Shown here piece after piece: positions 1 to 11,500 of a stretch of 64,000 bases of DNA. The stretch's first letter is position 1; the number at the start of each line of letters is the position of its first letter. The position numbers and the translations under genes were made by a program. The DNA comes from Camelus ferus (lineage: Eukaryota): positions 21,516,001-21,580,000 of the forward strand of contig NC_045696.1 in NCBI RefSeq assembly GCF_009834535.1, read 5' to 3'. Under the pieces are notes generated by a model, which was not told where the DNA came from, made no database searches, and saw only the letters and a list, made by a program, of their open reading frames with translations.

Positions 1-371
1 CTATAACAACTAGAAGTAAATCATTACCTCCTGTGATACAAATGTCATGCTTCTTCTGTTATCATTGACTAAGATCACATCCAGCCTATATAATGACCAA
101 TTACGATGTCCAATAAAATCCTTATGTCTCTTCCACATATGCTTCCCCACCCCCTCGTTTCTCTCATCTTGAACCCATGTAATGGACATTAGAATTTCAA
201 GCAGATAAGCAAATAGTTTTGTTATTTATAAAGATTTAGTCAGTAATAAACCTTGGGATCCTACACACTTAAAATTAATATGTAAATTAATTTCTTGGAT
301 TCAAAGAATACAGCTTCTTATTAAGAACATGAGCTCTAGTGGCAACCTGTGTGGATCTCCAGAATAAGTGT

Positions 372-490
372 CATCATCTCTAAAGTGAGGATAATATGAC
401 AGCCTACCCTGAAAGAAGGTGTGTGGATAAAAAGAGAGAATTTTCATTGTATCTTTTCATAATAGCTAGGACAGTAAGCACTGAAATTAT
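372..490 (+). mobile_element. MIR SINE fragment
   Basis: catcatctctaaagtgaggataatatgacagcctaccctg resembles the MIR core ctcatctgtaaaatggggataataatagtacctacctc. Confidence 0.55.
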
Positions 491-1245
491 TGATAAAGAT
501 GATGGCAATAGGTGAGGTTTGATGGAGCCAATCTCTCACTTGTCATTAAAGTTCTTTTTAAAAACTGAATTACAGCACTAAAATCTGTCTTATCTTAATA
601 CAAGGAAGAATATACTTTATACCTACATATAATATATACGTATATATATAAGAGCCCTTATCTAATAAATATATATAAGAATATATATGCATACATATAT
701 ATGTGAGAGCCCTTATCTAATGAGAGATAGACATGCACAAAGCAAATTGGAAATTAACATGCAGACTGTACGCAGTGTATGTCTTCAGTAAAAATGAAAT
801 AGTGATGTACTTGTACTCAGGTATGTCTGGAGAAATCAAGGTGGTCTCCCCAGAGGAAACAGGACTTGAAGTCAAAACAGAAGATGAATAAGAGCCTTTC
901 AAGGAACCCAGCAAATGTATGATGTCCTGGGAAGACAGCAAGAATTACCCAGGTCTACAACAAAGCATGACATTATTCAGGGATAAGGAGTGGTTAAAAC
1001 ATAAATTGTGAGAAACAGAGGGGAGGAGAGGAGACTTACCAGGCTGATACTTCACGATGAGATTGCAAATTATATATACAATCTTCGATTCCTATCTTAC
1101 ATACTGAGGGAAATTACGGGATAAGCAGGTGAATATTAACCCATGTTAATGCTATAACCATATTATTAAGTTTGAGAGATGAGTGTGACGGAACTAGAAC
1201 ATACAAAATTGAGCAAAAGTGTGCCTGAGAGCAGGGAAATCTGTT

Positions 1246-1287
1246 AAAAAAAAAAAAAAAAAAGAAAGAAAGAAAGAAAGAAAGAAA
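1246..1287 (+). repeat. (A)n-(GAAA)n microsatellite
   Basis: A run followed by GAAA repeats, read directly. Confidence 0.95.
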
Positions 1288-1562
1288 CGTAACAGTTCAA
1301 TTAGGGAGATATGAGAATCTAATGCAAGAAAATAGTAATCAAAATGTGAATTGCAGATAGTTGTGGGGGATACTAGCAGTGAAACATTTTGGAGTATTAA
1401 TGTGGAAACTTATGAGCAGAGATTTGGGAGAAAATTGAGGTTTCCTGTTTTGAAACAGGAGAGAAGGTGGTTTCACTCCATGAAACAGAGACTAGGAAAG
1501 GGTTACAAGTTGGAAGAAGTAAGCAATTATTAGATTACATTTTAAGCTTACAGATTTAAGAG

Positions 1563-1775
1563 CGTTCGAAGCCCCAAAAAGGATGGAGGAGAATGAGAGG
1601 GATTTGGGGAAATCAGGAGAACTCTAGGTCCGAGCCTTACGGAAAGCCTGTGATTACAGGGCGTGTTTTGATGTGCGCGTTTGCGTGCCGAGGGAAGACG
1701 TCAGTAGGTAGATGGAAGGTACGTGAAATCGAACCAAATCCCCCGGCAAAGGGCAGAATCTCATACCAGGTAAGT
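1563..1775 (+). promoter_or_regulatory. Small CpG-rich patch with CRE-like site and consensus splice donor (candidate promoter/first exon)
   Basis: 13 CpG in 1563-1745; AGACGTCA at 1696-1703; CAG|GTAAGT at 1767-1775. Confidence 0.4.
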
Positions 1776-2571
1776 GGGTTGCCTTTGTGGAAAAGGGATG
1801 CTTTCCTTTGAGACAGGCAGGAAGGAGAAATGCCAAGGTGCTGGTGCAGATATACATGCGAGAGAGGGGGGAAATTTTAAAGAAATTCCTTCCTGATAGT
1901 CTTCATTTTTCTGCAAATAGGAAAGCAGAATAATCTGGTAAATGTGAAGAGACAGCATTGAAGTTATGCGCTTTAATAACAAAGTTGTAAAATAGTTGCT
2001 GAGGTTAATAGGATGGGGAACTTTCCAGGTATATGTAACAGAATGATCCAGCCATGTGGAAGACTCAGGGAAGGATCATAATTCTCATGAATTTAATGAT
2101 ATCTATAATGATATAACTGTCTTCATTAGAACTTAGCTATTTGGTTGTGAGATTTTAAAAAAAAACAAAACAACAGACTTTTGGAGGGGTGAGGAGGGGG
2201 AAACAGAACCAGATCTTCATGGGCAAGACAAATTTATTTAGGCCTGTCATCCATAATGCTCTCTACCCTGGAGTCCACCCTCCAACCGGGCCTTGTTACA
2301 TGCTAGCCATCACCTCCTTGTCTTCTCCTTAGGTTCCTAGCTTTAAAATCACAACCATTCCCTCTGCACGAAGGCTATTTCTTCAAAAGTCCAACGTTGT
2401 CTGAGCCTTTCTTTGAAATGTTATTGCACATAAAATCAATACTTATATCTTAGTTTCTTAACTACTTCATTTGTTTCATTTGTGCTGATTTTGTGGCATA
2501 ATTCAGTGTCCAGGTATTTGCCTTGTATTGTAAAGCCAGTGTCCTTTGACTATAAATATTATGTATGTAGG

Positions 2572-2653
2572 CAATAAAAACGTATTAATTTAATCTCTTT
2601 TAAGTTATTCTCAATAAAAATGTATTAATTTAATCTCTTTTAAGTTATTCTCA
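2572..2653. repeat. 40-bp tandem duplication
   Basis: caataaaaa(c/t)gtattaatttaatctcttttaagttattct at 2572-2611 and 2612-2651, one mismatch. Confidence 0.95.
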
Positions 2654-4829
2654 TCAATTAAAGCTATCTATAGGAAAGGAATTGCCTCAAGCTCTTTTTA
2701 TTAGATTATGATAGATGATTCATATTGATAGGGAGATAATAGATTATAGAAAAATAGGTAGAAAGATAAAGCTAGATAACAGAGGCCTTAACAAAGACAT
2801 CAGATTTATGAAGTCAGGTATAAGTATTGGGTAAAGTTAACTCTGTACCTGGTGATATTAACATTAACACTCTGTAGTTCTCAAATCTTACTTATGTCTG
2901 GAAAACATAACTGCTTATAAAAATACTTAAATCTGTTATATCTAAAGAGAAAACAAAGCAGTCATGGGAAGTATCATGTGCTGTTTAATGTAATCTGAGC
3001 TCTGTCACTGACTGTATCTGCCACTGAATTATGAAATGTTAGGAAAATGTCAAGAAACTTGGCATATACAATTTTTGATATAAACTACTCAAGACGTAAA
3101 CATAAATGATGTTTATTCAGTGATGCCAAAATATACAAACCAGGGAGTATCTGCTACAGTAATCTTAAATTCCAGAAGTAGGAAAAAAAAATATGTTCAA
3201 GTCTGTAGCTGATTCTGTATAAATAAATCATATTTCTATGAATAATTGTATGGATGGATCAATTCATGTAGCATAAAATATAAAAAGACAGTTTGATGGG
3301 TTTGTATCTATTTTATCAAACACTCTTCTCACCAGACCTGGGCAGTTACTCACTTTTTAAATCATCTGTAATAAAAGTTGTACATGTCTCCAAGGAAGTG
3401 TATATGGCCTAGGACTTTCCTATCTCAACATAGATGAACAGAGGTAAAAGGAGCCTGATGGCCATTAAACAGTCAAAAACCATTATTTTGCTAAAAAGAA
3501 AAGAAAAACACTGAGGAGAAAAGCTACAGCATTTTCCTCTGGCAGCTGGTGAATGCCAGATTTGGGACTAAAACCCATATTCCATGACTTTACATTGTGC
3601 AAACTTTAGTTTTAAAATATCCTGCTTAAGGGCAATAAATGCATTATATGTTCTCAACAGAAGTTACAAACATGCCCACATCATACTGCTAAGAGGTTAG
3701 AGAAACCAGGGGATGAGGAGAGTCAGGAGAAGAAATGATCTTCACAGTTGGGTCCATGGCTACTGTGAACCAACAGTAAGAAAGTACAGAGATTTGCAAG
3801 GTACCACATTTTAAAATGCATGAAAATTTACCACATACAAACTAACAATGAATTTGTTTTAAATTCATATTAAAAGATACTCTGAGTAAATGGATGTTAC
3901 AGGAACGGCCCACACAATGGCACCATCCTACCTTCTGATAAATTATTTTCAAAGGTTCCAAAAACATTGCCAGGAAAATCATTGAGATAATTACTCCAGC
4001 CCCGCCCCCATCATTACAGATGTTAATACACAAAGATCTAAAGATCTGCATTTAACACAGATGACAGGATTTAGTTAGATCAATAGCTACTCAAAAGTGA
4101 CTTTTCCTCTACCATTACTTGTGTTCTTAACTTGATTCAGTATTAGGATTAGCTCTAAGAAATGTACACAAGGTCTTCATTTCACAAAATCAGTCTCAAA
4201 CAGAATGTTAGAAATGAATTTCATCCGAATTGGATTCAAGTGAGACGTCTTGTAGGTACTTGTTAAAGCAGAAGCTTCTCTGCAGTGAGAGTTCACATGA
4301 GTTCCCAACCGGGAGGCACCAGCTATGTGATGACATGCCAAGGGAACTGGAAAATTACATGATTTTAGTATGGTTAAAACACATGTTGTGCCAGTAACTA
4401 TGTGATCATAAACTTCTGAAGGTTCATGTTAAACATTCGTTTTAAACTTTTGTTCCGTAGCATTTAAAGAAAATAATTCAGGGGAGAAAAAAAGATCTTG
4501 TTTTTTGTGGGTTTGGGAAGTGGTGAGTATTTTAGTAGCAGCAGTGCTCTGAAAATTGCTTGATCCTGTTGTTTCCCACATTACAGGGCAGATGTAGATG
4601 TAAAGCTCCTTTATGGAAGAGCGTAGACAGAAATCAGAGAGATTCTGATATTCAAGTGATAAGGGTATAATAGTCAAACTGAGGCCAGGCCTGCAGAGGG
4701 AGGAGGTGGTCAAAGAGACTGGAATCACCTGGGGGCAGAGAGTGAATTGTTGTGTTCATTCAAATACTAGACCTCAGAGTAAAAATCATGTTGGTTGTAT
4801 CAGTCTACCATTAGAGTGAATGAAAAAAT

Positions 4830-5037
4830 ACTGGAAAATCTCTACATACTTATTTTTTTTTAGTTGATTTTAACTTCATAATTTCTTTTCTGTGCATGAT
4901 TTGAAACATTTGTAACCCAGCAATACATTATATATTCATGCACACACATATACACCAATCGTGTATAGAGGCATTAGCTGATAATTATTTTTCAGATGTG
5001 GTGAACAATCGAAAGTGTTCAGATACTCTTGCTTTAG
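4830..5037. mobile_element. Possible hAT-Charlie derived MITE remnant
   Basis: End aaagtgttcagatactcttgctttaga weakly resembles the Charlie-type terminus aaaagtttggagaccactg plus an NTCTAGAN-like target. Confidence 0.3.
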
Positions 5038-5439
5038 AATTAAGATGGGAAGCTTTCCCTAGAGGGTAGGAAATTTGGAAATTCTAAAAATCTGCAAGGA
5101 GTACAACAAAGTAGAGAAACCTGTCAAAGGTTAGTAATAAACAGAGCCCAGGAAATAGACCCAGGCACAAAATAAGGCCTTGGAGGGACAAAAGCTCCAA
5201 CAGGTGAAAGGCAAAGCCGGATTTTCCCTACGTAGACAGGAAATTCATTTTATAGCAAGATGCACTTGCAAATAAACCACAGAACAATATAGAGAACATC
5301 TAGCAAAGAAACAGCAGCTTCTGAACCAGCACAAGAGGAAAACTAGCACAGGGAGGACAGATCCAACATAAATACAGAAAACTTCAGACCGGCTCCTCTC
5401 TAAAGATGATTTGAGGTGAAGTGCAAAACAAGAATATAG

Positions 5440-5850
5440 GAAAACAGCACAGTGTGTAGGAACACTTTGTAAACAGAGAAATGGGCTCCATATTTCAGTT
5501 CCATCTCAGACTTCTTTGTTGTTGTTCTTTTTAATTTTTTTTTTAGGGGGGTGGGTAGTTAGGTTTGCTTATTTATTTTCAGAGGAAGCACTGGGGATTA
5601 AACCCAGAACCTCATGCATGCTAAGCATGCACTCGACTACTTGAGCTATACCCTCCCCACCTCAGTTCCATCTCAAATTGACTATGCAACCTTGAATTTG
5701 TCACAAAATCTCTCTAAATATCAGCATAAGTCCCTACATCTGTGAAGTGGGTATATTTCTTATTTCTTATGAAGATTTAGTGAAATAATGGGTGTGATGT
5801 GTGTAGCTCACTGCTTGAGATACTGTAAGTGCTCAATGCATAGCAGCCGG
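5440..5850 (+). mobile_element. MIR SINE interrupted by the Vic-1-type SINE
   Basis: catctgtgaagtgggtat...gaagatttagtgaaataatgggtgtg...gtaagtgctcaatg matches the MIR 3' half. Confidence 0.6.
5511..5658 (-). mobile_element. Camelid tRNA-Ala-derived SINE (Vic-1 type)
   Basis: Reverse complement GGGGAGGGTATAGCTCAAGTAGTCGAGTGCATGCTTAGCATGCATGAGGTTCTGGGTTTAATCCCCAG with A/B-box-like segments and an A-rich tail; TSD tcagttccatctca at 5495-5508 and 5662-5675. Confidence 0.9.
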
Positions 5851-6022
5851 TAGGAGTAGTAGTCTTTTTATTGGAATACACATACAGCTTCATGCCAGTT
5901 GTCAGAAGTGATCAAGATGGAAAACAAGAGAAAAGGTAAAAATGTATTGAAAAATTAAGATGTCTACAGCATCCAGTTTAGGAAAACTACTTGATATCAA
6001 GTTAAAAAAAATCCATCACTGA

Positions 6023-6423
6023 TACAATGGGTTGAATGGTGGTCCCACAAAATATATATTCGTATTGTAACTCCTAAAACCTATGAATGTGACCTTAATT
6101 TGGACAAAAAGCTTTTGGTGCATGCATTTAAGTTAAAGATCTCAAGGTAATATGATCCTGACTTATCCAAGAAATCCAAGTGTCCTGGTAAGAGATATAT
6201 AAAGAAAGACTTACAGAGGGGAGAAGGCCAGGTGAGACTGTAGTTTTGCAGCCACAAGCCAAGGAACCTACAGAGCTCCTCGAAGCTGGAAGAGGCAAGA
6301 AAGAAATCCACCTAGGAGCTTCTAGTGGGACTATGGCCTCCAGAACTGGGAGAGAATACATTTCTGTTGTTTCAAACCACCAAGTTTGCGGTGATGTGTC
6401 ACGGCAGCCTTGGGAAACTCACA
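6023..6423 (+). mobile_element. MaLR LTR, MLT1C/D-like
   Basis: aatgggttgaatggtggtccc...gaatgtgaccttaatttgg...ggcctccagaactgggagagaatacatttctgttgtttcaaaccacc...gcagccttgggaaact. Confidence 0.85.
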
Positions 6424-6917
6424 AAGTTGCTTTGTTTCTTAGGCTCATTGTCAGGGAGCATGTGAACTAAACTAGCAGATGACAGATAAATGGGGGAAAA
6501 GGCATATAATTTTTGTTAATATTCACATGCATGGGAGATCACAGAAAAGTGAAATTGAAAAAAGTGGTTGGATATCGGGACCTCTTGTATACCATGTGAA
6601 TAAAAGAAAAAGGGTTTGGGTCTCAAGGAACCATAAACTGTGGGGAGACTTACGGAAGTTCAGGGTGATTTCAGTAAGGTTTGTTTATACATACACATCT
6701 TGGTCCCAACTCTGTCTGCAGTGACCAGCCACTCTCTTCCTCCAGGTACGGGAGAGAGGGATGCCTTCACAAAGGGAAATGCATGCCCTGCTTTTAGGCA
6801 GAAAAGGAAAGGGCAGAGAACTCTTTCCGCAGCTGCTCATTCTCAACTGCTTTCAGCTCAAAATAATCCGAGGCCAAAGTGGCGTATTTTGAGGTGCCAT
6901 ATTCTGGACCCTTTTCA
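6424..6917 (-). mobile_element. ERV1 LTR, MER34-like
   Basis: Reverse complement begins TGAAAAGGGTCCAGAATATGGCACCTCAAAATACGCCACTTTGGC...ATTATTTTGAGCTGAAAGCAGTTGAGAA, like the MER34 5' end. Confidence 0.75.
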
Positions 6918-7659
6918 GACGTAAATGACCATCTTACTCAAATTTTAGAGGCCCATGAATAAATTAACCAAGTATAGAAATATACATACACGACTGCCAC
7001 AGTTTATAAGATTGTTATTATTGTTCACTAATTATGATGGAAAAAACTATGATTTCCCAATTGTCTAATGTCACAATGGAATTTAAAGATATAGCCAGCA
7101 CTCAAACTAGCACGTGTATGAATGGAGCTTGCCTTCTGAATCACTACTCTACTGCCATGTGACCTAGTCTCATATTTGCATAGCTCATTATAATACAAGA
7201 AGTACGGAATCTGGCAATAAAAAAGTCATTTACATTTTCATCGTGTTCTTATCATATTTAGTTTTCATTTATTGCCTTATGCACTGAACTATAATTTTTG
7301 TTGTTACAAGGTTTAAATGCCAGCAACCAGATAAGCGATAAACAAGTTGGCACGAGATTATCATTTTCTCTGGAAAGATATTCCTTAAAAATATTCCCTA
7401 GATGTTGAGGCAGCAGATGGTATCTAATAAGTTAAACGCCAATGGCAGTCATGGGTGAGCGATGATTAAATTTGAAATCAAATCATGTTCTCAGAAGTAT
7501 CTTGATATCTCGTTTTATTCCTTAATTGCACTCTGAATGGTTCAAGTCTTAGAAGTAATCAATGCAATTCCGTGTGTCTACATTTAGTAAAAAATGTTCA
7601 TTTGTAAGCTTTTACAGATAATCAGGAAGGCATAGATTTATAAAATTCTGTTTACTATT

Positions 7660-7880
7660 TCATTTAACAATCCAAAATATATTGAGCTCTTAATATGTGT
7701 CAAGCACTGAGGCAGGTGAAAGGGATGAATAATACATGATTCTTCCTGCAGGAAACACCTAATCTAATAAGAGAAAGTAAAATATAAGAACATAGGGACT
7801 TCAGAACATGAAGAACAGATGGTCACTGTACAAAGATGGAGGTGAAATACATTTTAAGGTAGGTCAGAAAGTAGTAGGAT
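7660..7880 (-). mobile_element. L2 3'-end fragment
   Basis: atatattgagctcttaatatgtgtcaagcactg resembles the antisense L2 terminus. Confidence 0.6.
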
Positions 7881-7882
7881 TT

Positions 7883-8544
7883 TCACACACTACTGATCAG
7901 AATGTAAAATGGTACAGCCACTTTGCAATTCAGTTGACAATTTCTGGTAAAGTTAAATCTACACCCACAGTATAACCTACCCATTCAAATCCTTGGTACT
8001 TACCCCCCCCCCCACCAAATGAAAGCATATATCAAGACAAAGACTTCTGTGCAAATATTTACAAAATATTTATTTGTAAAGTCCAAAACTGGAAACAGCT
8101 CAGATGTCCATCAATAGGTGAATGGATAAACAAACTGTGGAATATTCATACAGTGGATTACTACTCAGTAATAAAAGGAAATTATCTCCTATACACATGT
8201 CCACATGGATAAATCTCGAAATGATAATGCTGAATCAAAGTCAGAAAAATATAGTACATATTGTATAACTTTGTTTATTTAAAATTATGGGAAATTCAAA
8301 CCAATTGATTTTGACACAAAGCTGCTCAATGTCTGCCTGGGAATAATATAGGGGCTATCAAAATTGGATGAGAGAAATGGATTACAAAGAAACACAAGGA
8401 CTCCTAAAGGAGCAATGGATCTGTTTGTTATCTTGATTGTGGATGATTTCATAAACATGTACATTTGCCAATATAACTCAAATTTACATATTAAATATAT
8501 GCAGTTGATTGTATATAAGTTATACCTCAATAAAGCCGTCAAAA
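7883..8544 (+). mobile_element. Old L1 (L1MC/MD-like), ORF2 end and 3' UTR
   Basis: aatgtaaaatggtacagccacttt; aaaactggaaacagctcagatgtccatcaataggtgaatggataaacaaactgtgg; ends ttatacctcaataaagc. Confidence 0.9.
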
Positions 8545-11500
8545 TCGATACTCCAAAATTGACAGAATTAGGGAAATGTACAAATCTACGAACTTATTTA
8601 TACATATGAAGCAGTTATCTCTGTATTTGAAAGAGAATTCAGACAAAAATCAGTAAGGAAATAGAAAACTTGAAATATTATGCCTAACAAAACTTTACTA
8701 ATTCACATGCATATAACCATGCAAACCATAGTTAAAGAGTGCACATTTATTTAATTTCAAATAAAATATTACAGTAAAAAAATTGGAGGGGGTAATAAAG
8801 CAAGTAAAAATATATTTCATATGACTCAAATAATAAAATGCATTGTGTCTGACTATGGTAGTATTAAGCTAAAATAAATAACCAAAGGATAACTAGAAAG
8901 TTCTCAGTTGTTTGGAAGTTCAACAGCACACTTCTAAACTCACCTTGGGTCAAAGAAAACATCTTAATGGAAACCATAAGCTGTTTTTTATTTAAATGAT
9001 GAGAAAATATACAAAGCACAGCTTGTAGGATGCACTTAGTGTTTGCCAGGAAATTTACAATTATAAGTTTACATATTTGGAAAGAAGAAAAGCTGACAGT
9101 GATCTAAGTATCAATCTCAAATATGAAGTAAAAACAGAAAAGAAATAAAAAGTAAGCTGCTAGGATAGAAAAAGCAGAAATTAGGGAACATTTTTAAATA
9201 CAGTACAATTAGTTTTAAAAGTCTAAAGGTAGATTATTTGAAAAAACTAATGTCTCAGCCTGTGTTTCACTGAAAAGAGATCTTAAAATGACTTTTGTGC
9301 AGGATAGCATATTTGGGAAATTGTCTTAAGAAGCAAGCAGAAATGAGATACCAGACTTTGAAAGAGCAAGTAGGAAAATCAGTATCAAGTATCAAAATCA
9401 ATATTATTACTATGTTCAAATAAGTCTTAATTCTATGTACATTTTCCAATGCTTCTCAAAATCGTTGACTAGAAGATTGAAAATACATATTTATTCATAG
9501 GTTTTCATCAACTATATTTGAGAATTCCCTAGGGGCAGTACATCCCTAGTATTTGTAACTGTCAGCAGTCCCCTACCTTAATCCCATATGTCAGCATTGT
9601 AGAAAACACTGAAAGAATAAGGAAAAGAGTGATGTGAGTGCTTGGATTAAGCATAGCATAAAGTTAGCTGAAGACTGAGGTTTACTATAGTTGCATCTAA
9701 AAATAGAGATAAGGCCAACTAAAAAAATCGATGAACATTTTGCAACATTGATCAAGGAAAAGAAAAAAAGAATAACACAAATTACCAATACCAGAAATAA
9801 AAAGGGACACAATTTCAGAGCATGTAGATATTAAAAACATAAGCTATCATAATAGCAACTTTATGTCAATAAATTCTTTAAAATTGACATGAAAAGTAAT
9901 AGAAAATATGAATATTCATTTAACTATTAAAGAAGTTACATGAAACATTAAAATCCAGAGGATTTATACTATTAAAAGGAAAACTTGTGATAATATGTAG
10001 TATTTAAATACATACTTGTATCTGCAAAGGTATAGAGAATTAAACCAAAAAATAAAAATTTACTTGATATATATGACCCTGCAGTGTTCTGAATAAAGGA
10101 GCTTCTTTTTAATTAATGATTGATAGCTCAATAATATATACATGTGGGAAACAAAGCATCTTGAATTCCACTTCACAGTATATTTAAATGTTATTTTCTA
10201 ATCAATAGTTTTGTCTAAATTCAAAGAGACAAACAGTAAAGATGTTACACCAAAATATAGGAGTTTATCTTCAGACTTGGGGTAGAAAATTTTCTTAAGC
10301 AAGACAAAAAACAACAAAACAAATAACTGATCATACAGGAAACTCTGATGAACTTGAATATAATCAATTAATAATTATTAACAGAAAAGAGATATTGCAA
10401 ACTCACTACATTACCAAAAATGTAGTCCAATTTATCAATATTCATTTGCTAGAACTAGAAATTACCTTATGGTGGTTAATTTTATCATTATAAACTTTAA
10501 CAAGCATTATAATGGTAAACAGTTGAATCCTTAGGAAAATATATCTCTTTTTACCACTTTCAATCAGTATGGTACCAGAGATCCTGATGAGTTAAATAAG
10601 AGATGGGAAATGAAACAATAAAAAATAAATTAAAAAAACAAGAATTTTAAGGCAAGAATCAATTCAATTCTGTCATTATTTGTAGGTGGCATTATTGTAT
10701 ATATAAATAATTTTTAAGAATATAATAATAATGAATTTTTATAAGCAGATTTGGCAATATCATTTGCTATCAGGTTAATGTATAGAAAGCAAATGCAAGT
10801 CTATGTTCATGAAAAAATAGAAAATAAAATTTTAGAATGGTAATATTTACAAACACATTAAAACCCATCTAATGCCTAGGAATAAACCTAGCAAAGTTTG
10901 TGCATTAGCTCCACACACACACACAAAAACTATAAAATATTAGTTGAGACAAGTGTATTATGTTAAAATCCTGGAAGATCCCATCTTGTAATGATGTTAA
11001 TTATTCTAAAGCAGATCTATAATTCAATGAAATCCCAATCCAAATTCCAACAGTTTTTGTTGTAATTTATAAGCTAGTTCCAAATTTTATATAAAAACGA
11101 AAATTTCCAAGAATACTCAAAGAAATCTTGAAGAAGATTAACAAAGTTAGAAGGATTACAGTACTGGATATTAAAGCTTATTATAAGGCTAAATTAATTA
11201 TAACTGTATGTTTTTTCTTCAACAATGAAAAATAGAATAATGGATCAGAAAGAATCTCTTAAAGCACTCACAGGGCACTTAAGACACAAATGAAGGCTCA
11301 AAGAAGAAAAGAAAAGGATTTTCAATACATTATGTCAGAACCATCAGTTATTCAACTGGGAAAAGCTGTAGCTTGACCCCTTCCTCAGGTAAATGCAAAC
11401 ATTTATTTCATATATTTTATAGAATTTATGGGTAAAGTTAAGCCAGTAGAATACCTAGACTATAATATATAAGATCATACTTTCATTGCCTTTTGGTAGA

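Larger units (their letters stand above)
707..2160 (-). mobile_element. L2 LINE, degenerate 3' region
   Basis: Purine-rich blocks typical of antisense L2 (aatcaaggtggtctccccagaggaaacaggacttgaag; gaaggtggtttcactccatgaaacagagactaggaaagg; gaaagcagaataatctgg); boundaries approximate. Confidence 0.65.

Noticed and set aside
5590..5658. tRNA-Ala-like sequence
   Set aside because: It has a SINE tail and TSD and a mutated T-loop (GGTTTAATCC), so it is a SINE head and not a tRNA gene.
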